Under the pieces are notes generated by a model. It did no database searches, was not told the DNA's origin, and was given only the letters and a program-made list of their open reading frames with translations. Positions 49,303-57,524 of a stretch of DNA of 64,000 bases are shown here, in pieces; within the stretch, counting starts at the first letter, position 1, and each line of letters starts with the position of its first letter. The translations under genes and the position numbers were made by a program. Source of the stretch: an uncultured bacterium (GTDB taxonomy: Bacteria > Actinomycetota > Coriobacteriia > Coriobacteriales > Coriobacteriaceae); the NCBI GenBank assembly GCA_905214145.1, contig CAJMLB010000003.1, positions 2,655 through 66,654 on the forward strand, in the 5' to 3' direction.

Positions 49303-50910
49303 ATGGGATCTGATGTGAAGATCGCACGCGCGTTGATCTCGGTTACCGATAAGACGGGCGTCGTCGATTTCGCACGGACGCTGGTCGATGACTTTGGCGT
49401 CGAGATCATCTCTACGGGCGGCACGGCTCGTGCCATCGAGGACGCGGGCGTCCCCGTAACCCCCATCGAGGAGTTCACGGGCTATCCCGAGATGATGGAC
49501 GGCCGCGTTAAGACCCTGCACCCCAAGGTTCACGGCGCGCTGCTGGCCCGCCGCGATTCCGAGCAGCACATGCAGGAGGCTGCTCAGCACGGCATTAAGC
49601 TGATCGACCTGGTCGTCGTCAACCTGTACGAGTTCGAGAAGACCGTCGCCAACCCCGAGGTCACCTTCGCGGACGCCATCGAGCACATCGACATCGGTGG
49701 CCCCTCCATGCTGCGCTCTGCCGCCAAGAACGCCGCGAGCGTTACCGTCATCTCCGACCCGGCCGACTATGATGCCGTCCTGGCCGAGATGCGCGAGACC
49801 GGTGGCTGCACCACGCTTTCCACCCGTCGCCGCCTGCAGGTGAAGGTCTACCAGACCACCGCCGCCTACGACACGGCTATCTCCCGTTGGCTTGCCGCCC
49901 AGGCAAGCGATGTGGCGGACACCTCTGCCAAGCTCGAGATCTCGCTGGAGAAGGTCGACGACCTGCGCTATGGCGAGAACCCGCAGCAGAAGGCCACGGT
50001 CTATCGCTTTGCCGAGGGCTGCGAGAATACCGCGAGCTCGCAGTTCCCGCTCGTGGGCTCCGAGCAGATCCAGGGCAAGCCGCTCAGCTACAACAACTAT
50101 CTGGATGCCGACGCCGCTTGGAACCTGGTCCGCGAGTTCGACGAGCCGGCCTGCGTGATCCTCAAGCATCAGAACCCCTGTGGCTCCGCCGTGGCCGAGG
50201 ACATTACGGCCGCCTACGACCGCGCCTTCGCCTGCGATCCCAAGAGCGCCTTCGGCGGCATCATCGCCTGCAACCGTGAGGTTCCCTATGAGCTGGTTGA
50301 GCACTTTGCCGATCAGAACAAGCAGTTCGTCGAGGTTATCATCGCTCCGAGCTACACTGCCGAGGCGCTCGAGCGCATGGCCAAGCGCCCCAACCTGCGC
50401 GTGCTGGCCACCGGCGGCGTGGACCACGGCGCCCAGGTGGAGCTGCGCTCCGTCGACGGCGGCATGCTGGTGCAGGAGGTCGACCACGTGACCGAGGATC
50501 CTGCGACCTTTACGTTTCCCACCGACCGCAAGCCCACCGACGCCGAGATGGCCGAGCTCGAGTTTGCCTGGAAGGTCTGCAAGGGCGTCAAGTCCAACGC
50601 CATCCTGGTCTCCAAGGGTAAGGCCGGCATTGGCATGGGCCCGGGTCAGCCCAACCGCGTTGACTCTGCGCTGCTTGCCTGCGAGCGCGCCGAGGACTTC
50701 TGCGAGCGCGAGGGCGTGGAGAAGGGCGGCTTTGCCTGTGCAAGCGACGCGTTCTTCCCGTTCCGCGACAACGTCGACGTGCTCGCCGCGCACGGCGTGA
50801 CCTGCATCATCCAGCCCGGCGGCTCCAAGCGCGACGACGAGAGCGTCCAGGCCTGCAACGAGCATGGTATTGCGATGGTCTTCACAGGGGCCAGGCATTT
50901 TAGGCACTAA
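49303..50910 (+). CDS. purH: Bifunctional AICAR formyltransferase / IMP cyclohydrolase
   Basis: ALISVTDKTG, GRVKTLHPKVHG, LRYGENPQQ, SDAFFPF, RHFRH. Confidence 0.98.
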   Translation: MGSDVKIARALISVTDKTGVVDFARTLVDDFGVEIISTGGTARAIEDAGVPVTPIEEFTGYPEMMDGRVKTLHPKVHGALLARRDSEQHMQEAAQHGIKLIDLVVVNLYEFEKTVANPEVTFADAIEHIDIGGPSMLRSAAKNAASVTVISDPADYDAVLAEMRETGGCTTLSTRRRLQVKVYQTTAAYDTAISRWLAAQASDVADTSAKLEISLEKVDDLRYGENPQQKATVYRFAEGCENTASSQFPLVGSEQIQGKPLSYNNYLDADAAWNLVREFDEPACVILKHQNPCGSAVAEDITAAYDRAFACDPKSAFGGIIACNREVPYELVEHFADQNKQFVEVIIAPSYTAEALERMAKRPNLRVLATGGVDHGAQVELRSVDGGMLVQEVDHVTEDPATFTFPTDRKPTDAEMAELEFAWKVCKGVKSNAILVSKGKAGIGMGPGQPNRVDSALLACERAEDFCEREGVEKGGFACASDAFFPFRDNVDVLAAHGVTCIIQPGGSKRDDESVQACNEHGIAMVFTGARHFRH

Positions 50911-50955
50911 TATCGTTACGCGGTTTTACCAAACCGCGTAACTGCTCGACCCTGC

Positions 50956-51055
50956 GCCGGACCCAAGCACCTCATCTCGCCGCTCAAACCGTCGCTCGCG
51001 TACAGAAGTACGCGTCGCTCCTCTTTCGCGGCGACCTGAGGCACTTGGGTCCGGC
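50956..51055. repeat. REP-like long intergenic hairpin
   Basis: GCCGGACCCAAG...CTTGGGTCCGGC outer stem, inner CGCGTAC-AGAA-GTACGCG. Confidence 0.7.
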
Positions 51056-51187
51056 TCGCTGGCTTATGCTCCACCAGCGGTATTGGCTCGCCCCGAACCA
51101 AAGCTATCTATTGCCGTCCGTGCCGGTTGGTGCGGGCGGCTTTTTTGGGTATAACGGTGCGGTGTATGTTTTTGAGAAAGGTTGGAT

Positions 51188-51895
51188 ATGGCCGTTGTGG
51201 ATGATGCCGAGCTGTTTGGCAATGCCGAGGATCAGCGTGCGTACGAGGACTTTTGCGCCAATCAGGAGGCGGTCGAGAAGTTCACGCTCGACAAGCCCGC
51301 GCTTGTCTGCCGTTGGCGCATGTCCAACAAAAAGGTGCCCATGCTCAACCGCCACATCCGCGCACTGTCCGAGCGCCTGGTACAGGGCGAGCCGCTTACC
51401 CATAACATGCTCAGCTGGGCCAAACAGCACGTTGAGTGGTCGCTTGCCGAGGGCGATTACACCGCACATGACGGCGTGCTCATGCTGGTGATCGACGTCA
51501 ACGGCAACGCCGCCATGACGGTGGGGGAGTACGAGCCGCTCGCCGATACGTCGGCCAAGGCGCTGCGCGCCCGCTCCGCAGAGGCCCGCTCCGAGGCCGA
51601 CGAAACCGGCGTGGCGCCCGAGCTGCTCGCCGCCGTCAACAACGGCGAGCTCGCCTTTGTGGTGCCAGCGGACGAGTGCCTGTGTGGCACGGTGACGCTC
51701 ATCGAGCAGCTGGCCCAGACCAAGGGAATCCCGGTCACGCGCGTAGACATTCCCGCGCAGCTTAAGGGTGCGCTGTTCCTAGTGAGCGACGAGCACGGCG
51801 TGGTCCCCGCGACCGAGACGGACGCCGCCGAGGCCGACGCCGCCACGGTCGCCTTCTTCGCCGAAGGCTACGAAAAGCTCCGTGCCCGCCGCTAA
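51188..51895 (+). CDS. Hypothetical protein, faint class-IV aminotransferase-like
   Basis: Host-like codons; PMLNRHIRAL; GAAAGG RBS. Confidence 0.6.
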   Translation: MAVVDDAELFGNAEDQRAYEDFCANQEAVEKFTLDKPALVCRWRMSNKKVPMLNRHIRALSERLVQGEPLTHNMLSWAKQHVEWSLAEGDYTAHDGVLMLVIDVNGNAAMTVGEYEPLADTSAKALRARSAEARSEADETGVAPELLAAVNNGELAFVVPADECLCGTVTLIEQLAQTKGIPVTRVDIPAQLKGALFLVSDEHGVVPATETDAAEADAATVAFFAEGYEKLRARR

Positions 51896-52074
51896 ATGAT
51901 TTTTCTGGGACGGGGATTAAAGAATCATTTTGGTCCCCGCCGCCGCTGCGAGTGCGAGGCGGACAAAACGCCCCCGCTCGCGAACAGTTCTGTCACCTTG
52001 GCACCGCGCGCGGTGCACACCTGCAGTTTCGCAGCCATAATGGTGGCAAGACAACCAAGAGGGGAGCGAAATCC

Positions 52075-52746
52075 ATGGCGCTGATTTATGTCGTTGAGGA
52101 CGACGAGCCCATTCGTCGTGAGCTTGTCGACATCCTTGCCCGCGCCGGGTTTGAAGTCGAGGCCTGCGAATCGTTTGAGCATGTCTCGCACGATATTCTC
52201 GCCGCCGCGCCCGACCTGGTGCTGCTCGACCTCACGCTCCCTGTCAAAGACGGCCAGCACATCTGCCATGAGGTCCGTCGCGAATCCGAGGTTCCCATCA
52301 TCGTTCTCACGTCGCGCACGACCGAGATCGACGAGGTCATGGCCATGACGCTCGGCGCGGACGACTTTGTTCCCAAGCCCTATAGCGCGCGCGTGCTCGT
52401 GGCGCGCATCAACGCACTGCTGCGCCGCACCACGGCGGCAGGCGAGCGCAGCACACTTGTCCACAAGGGGCTGGAGCTCGACCTCGCCCGCTCCATGGTC
52501 ACCAACACGCAAACGGGCACCAGCACCGAGCTCACCAAAAACGAGCTGCGTATCCTCTCGCTGCTTCTGAGCCGCGCGGGCAAGATCGTTTCGCGCTCGG
52601 CCATCATGCAGGACCTGTGGGACTCCGACGCCTTCGTGGACGACAATACGCTCACCGTCAACATCAACCGCCTGCGCACCACGCTCGAAAAAATCGGCAT
52701 CAAGGGGTATTTGACCACGCATCGCGGCCAAGGCTATTCGGTCTAG
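52075..52746 (+). CDS. OmpR-family response regulator (BceR/GraR-like)
   Basis: VVEDD, LLDLTLP, GADDFVPKP, DDNTLTVNINRLR. Confidence 0.92.
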   Translation: MALIYVVEDDEPIRRELVDILARAGFEVEACESFEHVSHDILAAAPDLVLLDLTLPVKDGQHICHEVRRESEVPIIVLTSRTTEIDEVMAMTLGADDFVPKPYSARVLVARINALLRRTTAAGERSTLVHKGLELDLARSMVTNTQTGTSTELTKNELRILSLLLSRAGKIVSRSAIMQDLWDSDAFVDDNTLTVNINRLRTTLEKIGIKGYLTTHRGQGYSV

Positions 52747-52755
52747 GGGCCGGCT

Positions 52756-53799
52756 ATGTCGTTTGGCAAGTTCTTTAAAGATGCGCTGCTTCCCGTCGCC
52801 GTGTGGACGTGCGGTGTGCTGCTGAGCTGCTTTGTGCTGACGGTTGCCGGCGCACCCGTTTCTATCGTGGTCGTGGCGGTCGGCGTGTCCTTTATCTTTG
52901 GTATGCTCGGCATCGTGATCGAGTACGCGCGCCGTCGTCGTTTTCTGCGCCAGCTGGAGCGTGCGGCAGAGGAGCTCGAGAGTCCCGCATGGGTGCAGGA
53001 GATGGTGCAATGTCCGACCTATGCCGAGGGCGAGCTCGAGTACGAGGTCTTGCGCCGGGTGGGCAAAGCTGCCTGCGACGAGGTTGCCGAAGGCCGGCGT
53101 CAGACCGATGACTATCGCGACTATATCGAAAGCTGGGTTCACGAGGCCAAGCTGCCCCTGGCGGCGGCCCATCTAATTTTGGAAAACCTGGACGGCAGCG
53201 AAGACGATCTGTCGCGTGTGGATGACCTGGGCCGTGAGCTGGCTCGTGTGGAGCGCTATATCGACCAGGCACTGTACTACGCGCGCTCGGAAGTCGTGGA
53301 GCGGGACTACCTGATTCGCCGCTGGAATCTCAAGACCTTGGTGACGGGCGCGATTAAGGCCAACGCGCGCGAGCTCATCGCGGCGCACGTGGCCCCAGTG
53401 TGCGAGAACCTCGACTTCGAGGTCTTTACCGACGAGAAGTGGCTTGAGTTTATTCTGGGCCAGCTCATCCAGAACAGCATTAAATACGCGCGCGAGGACG
53501 GCGCGAAGATCGTGTTTTCGGGCGCGTTGCTGGACGAGGGCCTGGCAAGTGAGCGCATTGAGCTCACTGTTGCCGATAACGGCTGCGGCGTGAGCGCGGC
53601 CGACCTGCCGCGCGTGTTCGAGAAGGGCTTTACCGGCGACAACGGCCGCACCACCAAGCGCGCAACGGGCATCGGCCTCTACCTGGTGGCGCGCCTGTGC
53701 TCCAAGATGGGTATCGATGTCACCGCGGCATCCGAGCCCGGCGAAGGCTTCGTCGTCACGTTTGCCTTCTCGACCAACAAATTCCAATACTTTGAGTAG
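52756..53799 (+). CDS. Intramembrane-sensing histidine kinase (BceS/GraS-like)
   Basis: Two adjacent TMs, WVHEAKLP, TDEKWL, FEKGFTG, GIGLYL. Confidence 0.9.
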   Translation: MSFGKFFKDALLPVAVWTCGVLLSCFVLTVAGAPVSIVVVAVGVSFIFGMLGIVIEYARRRRFLRQLERAAEELESPAWVQEMVQCPTYAEGELEYEVLRRVGKAACDEVAEGRRQTDDYRDYIESWVHEAKLPLAAAHLILENLDGSEDDLSRVDDLGRELARVERYIDQALYYARSEVVERDYLIRRWNLKTLVTGAIKANARELIAAHVAPVCENLDFEVFTDEKWLEFILGQLIQNSIKYAREDGAKIVFSGALLDEGLASERIELTVADNGCGVSAADLPRVFEKGFTGDNGRTTKRATGIGLYLVARLCSKMGIDVTAASEPGEGFVVTFAFSTNKFQYFE

Positions 53800-53841
53800 T
53801 CGTCGCGGTGTAACGTCCCGGAGCGTCATTCACGTTAAGAC

Positions 53842-53905
53842 AATTATCCCAAACGGGATAATTCCATCATGATGTGCTATGATTATCCCGTTTGGGATAA
53901 TCATA
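53842..53905. promoter_or_regulatory. Two palindromic HipB-type operators
   Basis: ATTATCCC-AAAC-GGGATAAT and ATTATCCC-GTTT-GGGATAAT directly upstream of hipB-like gene. Confidence 0.8.
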
Positions 53906-53915
53906 GGGGATTAGC

Positions 53916-54161
53916 ATGCAAGACTGGAATGAGCGAACGATTTTTGACCCAGCTGAACTCGGTGCATATTTGCGTGAGCGCCGGAAGAAGCTCGGTTATA
54001 CCCAACGCGATGTGGCTGATTTCAACCAGTGCAGTTTGCGCTTTGTGAGCGAGCTTGAGCGTGGAAAGGCGGGTGCCAATCTTCGCCAAACCCTTCAAAT
54101 CGCTAACAGCTTGGGGGTCGATTTGATCCTGAGGGAGAGGGGCGACGGCTCATGGCATTAA
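53916..54161 (+). CDS. hipB: HipB-like XRE HTH antitoxin
   Basis: LRERRKKLGYTQRDVA, FVSELERGK. Confidence 0.85.
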   Translation: MQDWNERTIFDPAELGAYLRERRKKLGYTQRDVADFNQCSLRFVSELERGKAGANLRQTLQIANSLGVDLILRERGDGSWH

Positions 54162-55441
54162 AGGTTTATCGTGAGTATCGGGGAACGTTTGAGCTGGTCG
54201 GAGAATTTGAGAGGGCCGACCCCGTAAACGAGACGTTTGCATATGATGAGGGATATCTTGAACGCGACGATGCTGCCGCACTCTCAGCTTCTCTTCCCTT
54301 GCGACATGAGCCATATGCCAGCAATGAGTTTTCGGCCTTCTTTTCGGGCATGCTTCCCGAGGGCCCGGTTCGGCATGAGCTGTCGATGCGTTTTCAAATC
54401 CCCCAGTCAGACTATTTATCGATGCTCGAGCGTTTGGGCGATGAGTGCGTTGGTGCCTTGAGGTTTCTCGGCGATGAGAAATCGAGCTACGATCCGGGCT
54501 ATCGTCCTCTGCAAGACGAGGATTTTGAGGCACTTTCTAAGGCGGAAGTGTTTGAGATTGCAAATGATATGCAGGATTCGAGGCTGTCGTTGGCGGGCGC
54601 TCAGTCTAAAACCGGTTGGTTTTTACCGCGCGGTAAAGATGCAAAAAAGGCCGGGTCGGGGGATTGGATGCTGCCGCTCGGCTCTGCCCCCTCGACTCAC
54701 ATAGTCAAGATTGCTTCAACTAAACATCCGGATTTGCCGTTCAACGAATTAATTTGCATGACGGCAGCGTCTGCTGCTGGGCTTGAAATTGCCCGTTCAG
54801 AAGCTTCGGATACGATTCCTGGTGCGTTCTTTTCCGAGCGTTATGACAGAATCTGGAGCAATGAGCCGCCGTCGATGAGCGGATTCGATGTGCCTCTGAG
54901 GCTGCATCAGGAGGATTTTTGCCAAGCGGTTGGCTGGCCTTCGTATATGAAATACGAGACACGTCCCGATAGCTGCTATATGGCTCTTTGCGGCCGATTG
55001 ATAAGAGAGCAATCGTCTAACGTAATTGCTGATACTCAAATGTTCGCTCGTCAGGTAATGGTCGATTATGCGTTGGGGAATTGCGACTCGCATCTCAAGA
55101 ACCATTCGTTTCTTTATAGTCCGAGTTGGCGGGAAAAGAGGTTGGCCCCTGCATACGATATTGTTTGCACGACGATAATGGGATACGACCATAATCTTGG
55201 GATTGATATTGGGGATCACCGGGTGATCGATGGGGTGACTCCTGAAGATTTCGAATTCATGTCTCAAGATTTGCATCTGCCACTCAAGATGATCAAGAAC
55301 ATCGCGGCGGAAGTGGCTGAAGAGGTGTCTGCCCAGCTTGCAGAACTTGCCTCTGCAACCGGAGATTTGGGTCGGGTCGCTCTGAAAATTCAGACGGATT
55401 CCGTTGAGAGAATGAGGGTTCTGGAGCAATTCTCAGCCTAA
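54152..55441 (+). CDS. hipA: HipA-family kinase toxin
   Basis: LSASLP, LSLAGAQSK, THIVK, ERYDR, HQEDFCQ, GNCDSHLKNHS, LAPAYD. Confidence 0.93.
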   Translation: MALKVYREYRGTFELVGEFERADPVNETFAYDEGYLERDDAAALSASLPLRHEPYASNEFSAFFSGMLPEGPVRHELSMRFQIPQSDYLSMLERLGDECVGALRFLGDEKSSYDPGYRPLQDEDFEALSKAEVFEIANDMQDSRLSLAGAQSKTGWFLPRGKDAKKAGSGDWMLPLGSAPSTHIVKIASTKHPDLPFNELICMTAASAAGLEIARSEASDTIPGAFFSERYDRIWSNEPPSMSGFDVPLRLHQEDFCQAVGWPSYMKYETRPDSCYMALCGRLIREQSSNVIADTQMFARQVMVDYALGNCDSHLKNHSFLYSPSWREKRLAPAYDIVCTTIMGYDHNLGIDIGDHRVIDGVTPEDFEFMSQDLHLPLKMIKNIAAEVAEEVSAQLAELASATGDLGRVALKIQTDSVERMRVLEQFSA

Positions 55442-55531
55442 AGCAAAGCGGGGCCACCGTAATGGTGGTCCCGCTCTTGGAAGACTTGGGCACGTGGGCT
55501 TGCGCTCCGCGATGCGTTAGGCGTACGTTTG

Positions 55532-55969
55532 CTACTTCACGACCAAGATGTCGCAGTCGGTGTTGCGCAGCAGGAACGTCGAAATTGAACCCAGGAGTGC
55601 ATACTTGATCGAGGACAGGCCACGAGCGCCGCAGAGCACCAGGTCGGGCTTGACCACGTCGAGCATCTCGTCTTTGAGCGTCTCGCGAATGCGGCCGGCG
55701 CGAATCATGACCTCGACCTCGGGAATGTCGGGATTGGCCTTGGCCTCTTCGAGCTGCTTGGCGATGGAGTTCTTAAATGCCTCCTCTAGGCCGTTGACCA
55801 GATCGACTGGATATGAACCGGCGCTCTCGAGTGCCGTGGAATCGATAACGTGGCCGATAATCAGCTTGGCGCCGTTGTTCGCGGCGACCTTGATGGCGCG
55901 TGCGAGCACAAAATCCTGCTGCTCAGTACCGTCGAGTGAAACAAATACCTTGGTGTAGCCCTCGTTCAT
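55532..55969 (-). CDS. Universal stress protein
   Basis: VSLDG, DLVLCGARG, LLGSIS, CDILVVK. Confidence 0.92.
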   Translation of the reverse strand: MNEGYTKVFVSLDGTEQQDFVLARAIKVAANNGAKLIIGHVIDSTALESAGSYPVDLVNGLEEAFKNSIAKQLEEAKANPDIPEVEVMIRAGRIRETLKDEMLDVVKPDLVLCGARGLSSIKYALLGSISTFLLRNTDCDILVVK

Positions 55970-56216
55970 GGTTTCCTCCTTGGTCTATCGCACGGGCGTG
56001 GGGCTCGTGCATCGGGCGGGCGCGGATGCGTGGCCGCCGGACACTTTATCTTGTTGCAGTTATACCCAAGGATTTGGGTTTGACCGCTCGCAATTCTGTG
56101 AACGGGCGAGTTTTTTGGTAAGGGTAGGCGCAGGCGCGCCGTCAACGGTTGATAATGGGACATCGCCCGCACCGTCCGCAGAACAATATCGGCGGGTGTC
56201 TAACGAGGGGGTCCCT

Positions 56217-57191
56217 TTGGATATCATCGAGCTTCTAAAATCTGCCTTCATGGGCCTGGTCGAGGGCATCACCGAATGGCTGCCTGTTTCGTCGACCGGT
56301 CACATGATCTTGGTGGACGAGTTCGTCAAGATGAACGTGAGCGAGACGTTCTGGAATATGTTTCTGGTCGTGATTCAGCTTGGCGCCATTTTGGCCGTCT
56401 GCGTCCTGTTCTTCTACGACCTTAATCCGTTTTCTCCCAGCAAGGGCAAGGAGGGCCGTCGTGACACCTGGGTGTTGTGGGGCAAGATTGTGCTTGGCTG
56501 CATTCCCGCCGCGGCGATCGGTCTGCCGCTTAACGACTGGATGGAGGAGCATTTCTATAATGCTCCCGTCGTGGCGCTGGCGCTCATTGTGTACGGCGTG
56601 CTGTTTATCGTGATCGAGAACTGGCGCGCGAACAAGCGCGACCAGGCCGCTCTTGCCGGTTCGTTTGGTTCGCGTGCCGTGGTGACGGGCGGACGCCCCG
56701 CTGGTGCGCATTTTGCCACGTCCACTGCGACTGCCGCTGCAGACGATGACGATAGCCTAGACTTTGGCTCCATCACTACGCTCGAGGACCTGAGCTGGAA
56801 GACCGCGCTGGGTATCGGTTGCTTCCAGGTGCTTTCGCTGATTCCGGGCACATCGCGCTCCGGCTCCACCATCATCGGCGGCCTGCTGCTTGGCTGCACA
56901 CGCTCGGTGGCGTCTAAGTTCACGTTCTTCCTGGCCATTCCCGTCATGTTTGGCGCGAGCGCGCTCAAGCTGGTCAAGTACTTTATTAAGGGCGGTACTT
57001 TCGGCACCAACGAGATCGCCATCCTGGGCGTGGGCTGCATCGTGGCCTTTGTGGTTTCGCTTATCGCCATCAAGTGGCTTATGGGTTTCGTGCGCCGTCA
57101 CGACTTCAAGTGCTTCGGCGTCTACCGCATCATCCTGGGCATCGTGGTTCTCGCGTACTTCTTTGTCCTGGAGCCGATGCTCGGCCTCTAA
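56217..57191 (+). CDS. uppP: Undecaprenyl-diphosphate phosphatase
   Basis: EGITEWLPVSSTGH, PGTSRSG; TTG start after GAGGGG. Confidence 0.95.
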   Translation: MDIIELLKSAFMGLVEGITEWLPVSSTGHMILVDEFVKMNVSETFWNMFLVVIQLGAILAVCVLFFYDLNPFSPSKGKEGRRDTWVLWGKIVLGCIPAAAIGLPLNDWMEEHFYNAPVVALALIVYGVLFIVIENWRANKRDQAALAGSFGSRAVVTGGRPAGAHFATSTATAAADDDDSLDFGSITTLEDLSWKTALGIGCFQVLSLIPGTSRSGSTIIGGLLLGCTRSVASKFTFFLAIPVMFGASALKLVKYFIKGGTFGTNEIAILGVGCIVAFVVSLIAIKWLMGFVRRHDFKCFGVYRIILGIVVLAYFFVLEPMLGL

Positions 57192-57524
57192 CTTAGTTGA
57201 CGCTGCGCGACGGCCAGGGCGACAACTTGTCATTCAAAGGGGGTGGCATGACCAAAAGGTCTATGCCGCCCTCTTTTCATGCCAATTTGTTCGCCCTGGC
57301 CGCCGCTCGCTACCGTGGCCATGACATCGGCGGTTCCGTGATTGTCAATAGATTGGTGCAAAGCAACCTGACCCCATTGCGCCAAATCCGCTGGGGCGGG
57401 TCTGACGGTGGCGCACGGAGTCGTGGTGTGATTTGCGTCGGTGTCCGCGCGGCTCGGTATACTGGTACGGCTCAAACTATGGCGCTGCCCGCAGGCGCGC
57501 CGTCCGTCAGATGAGGAGTCGCCC

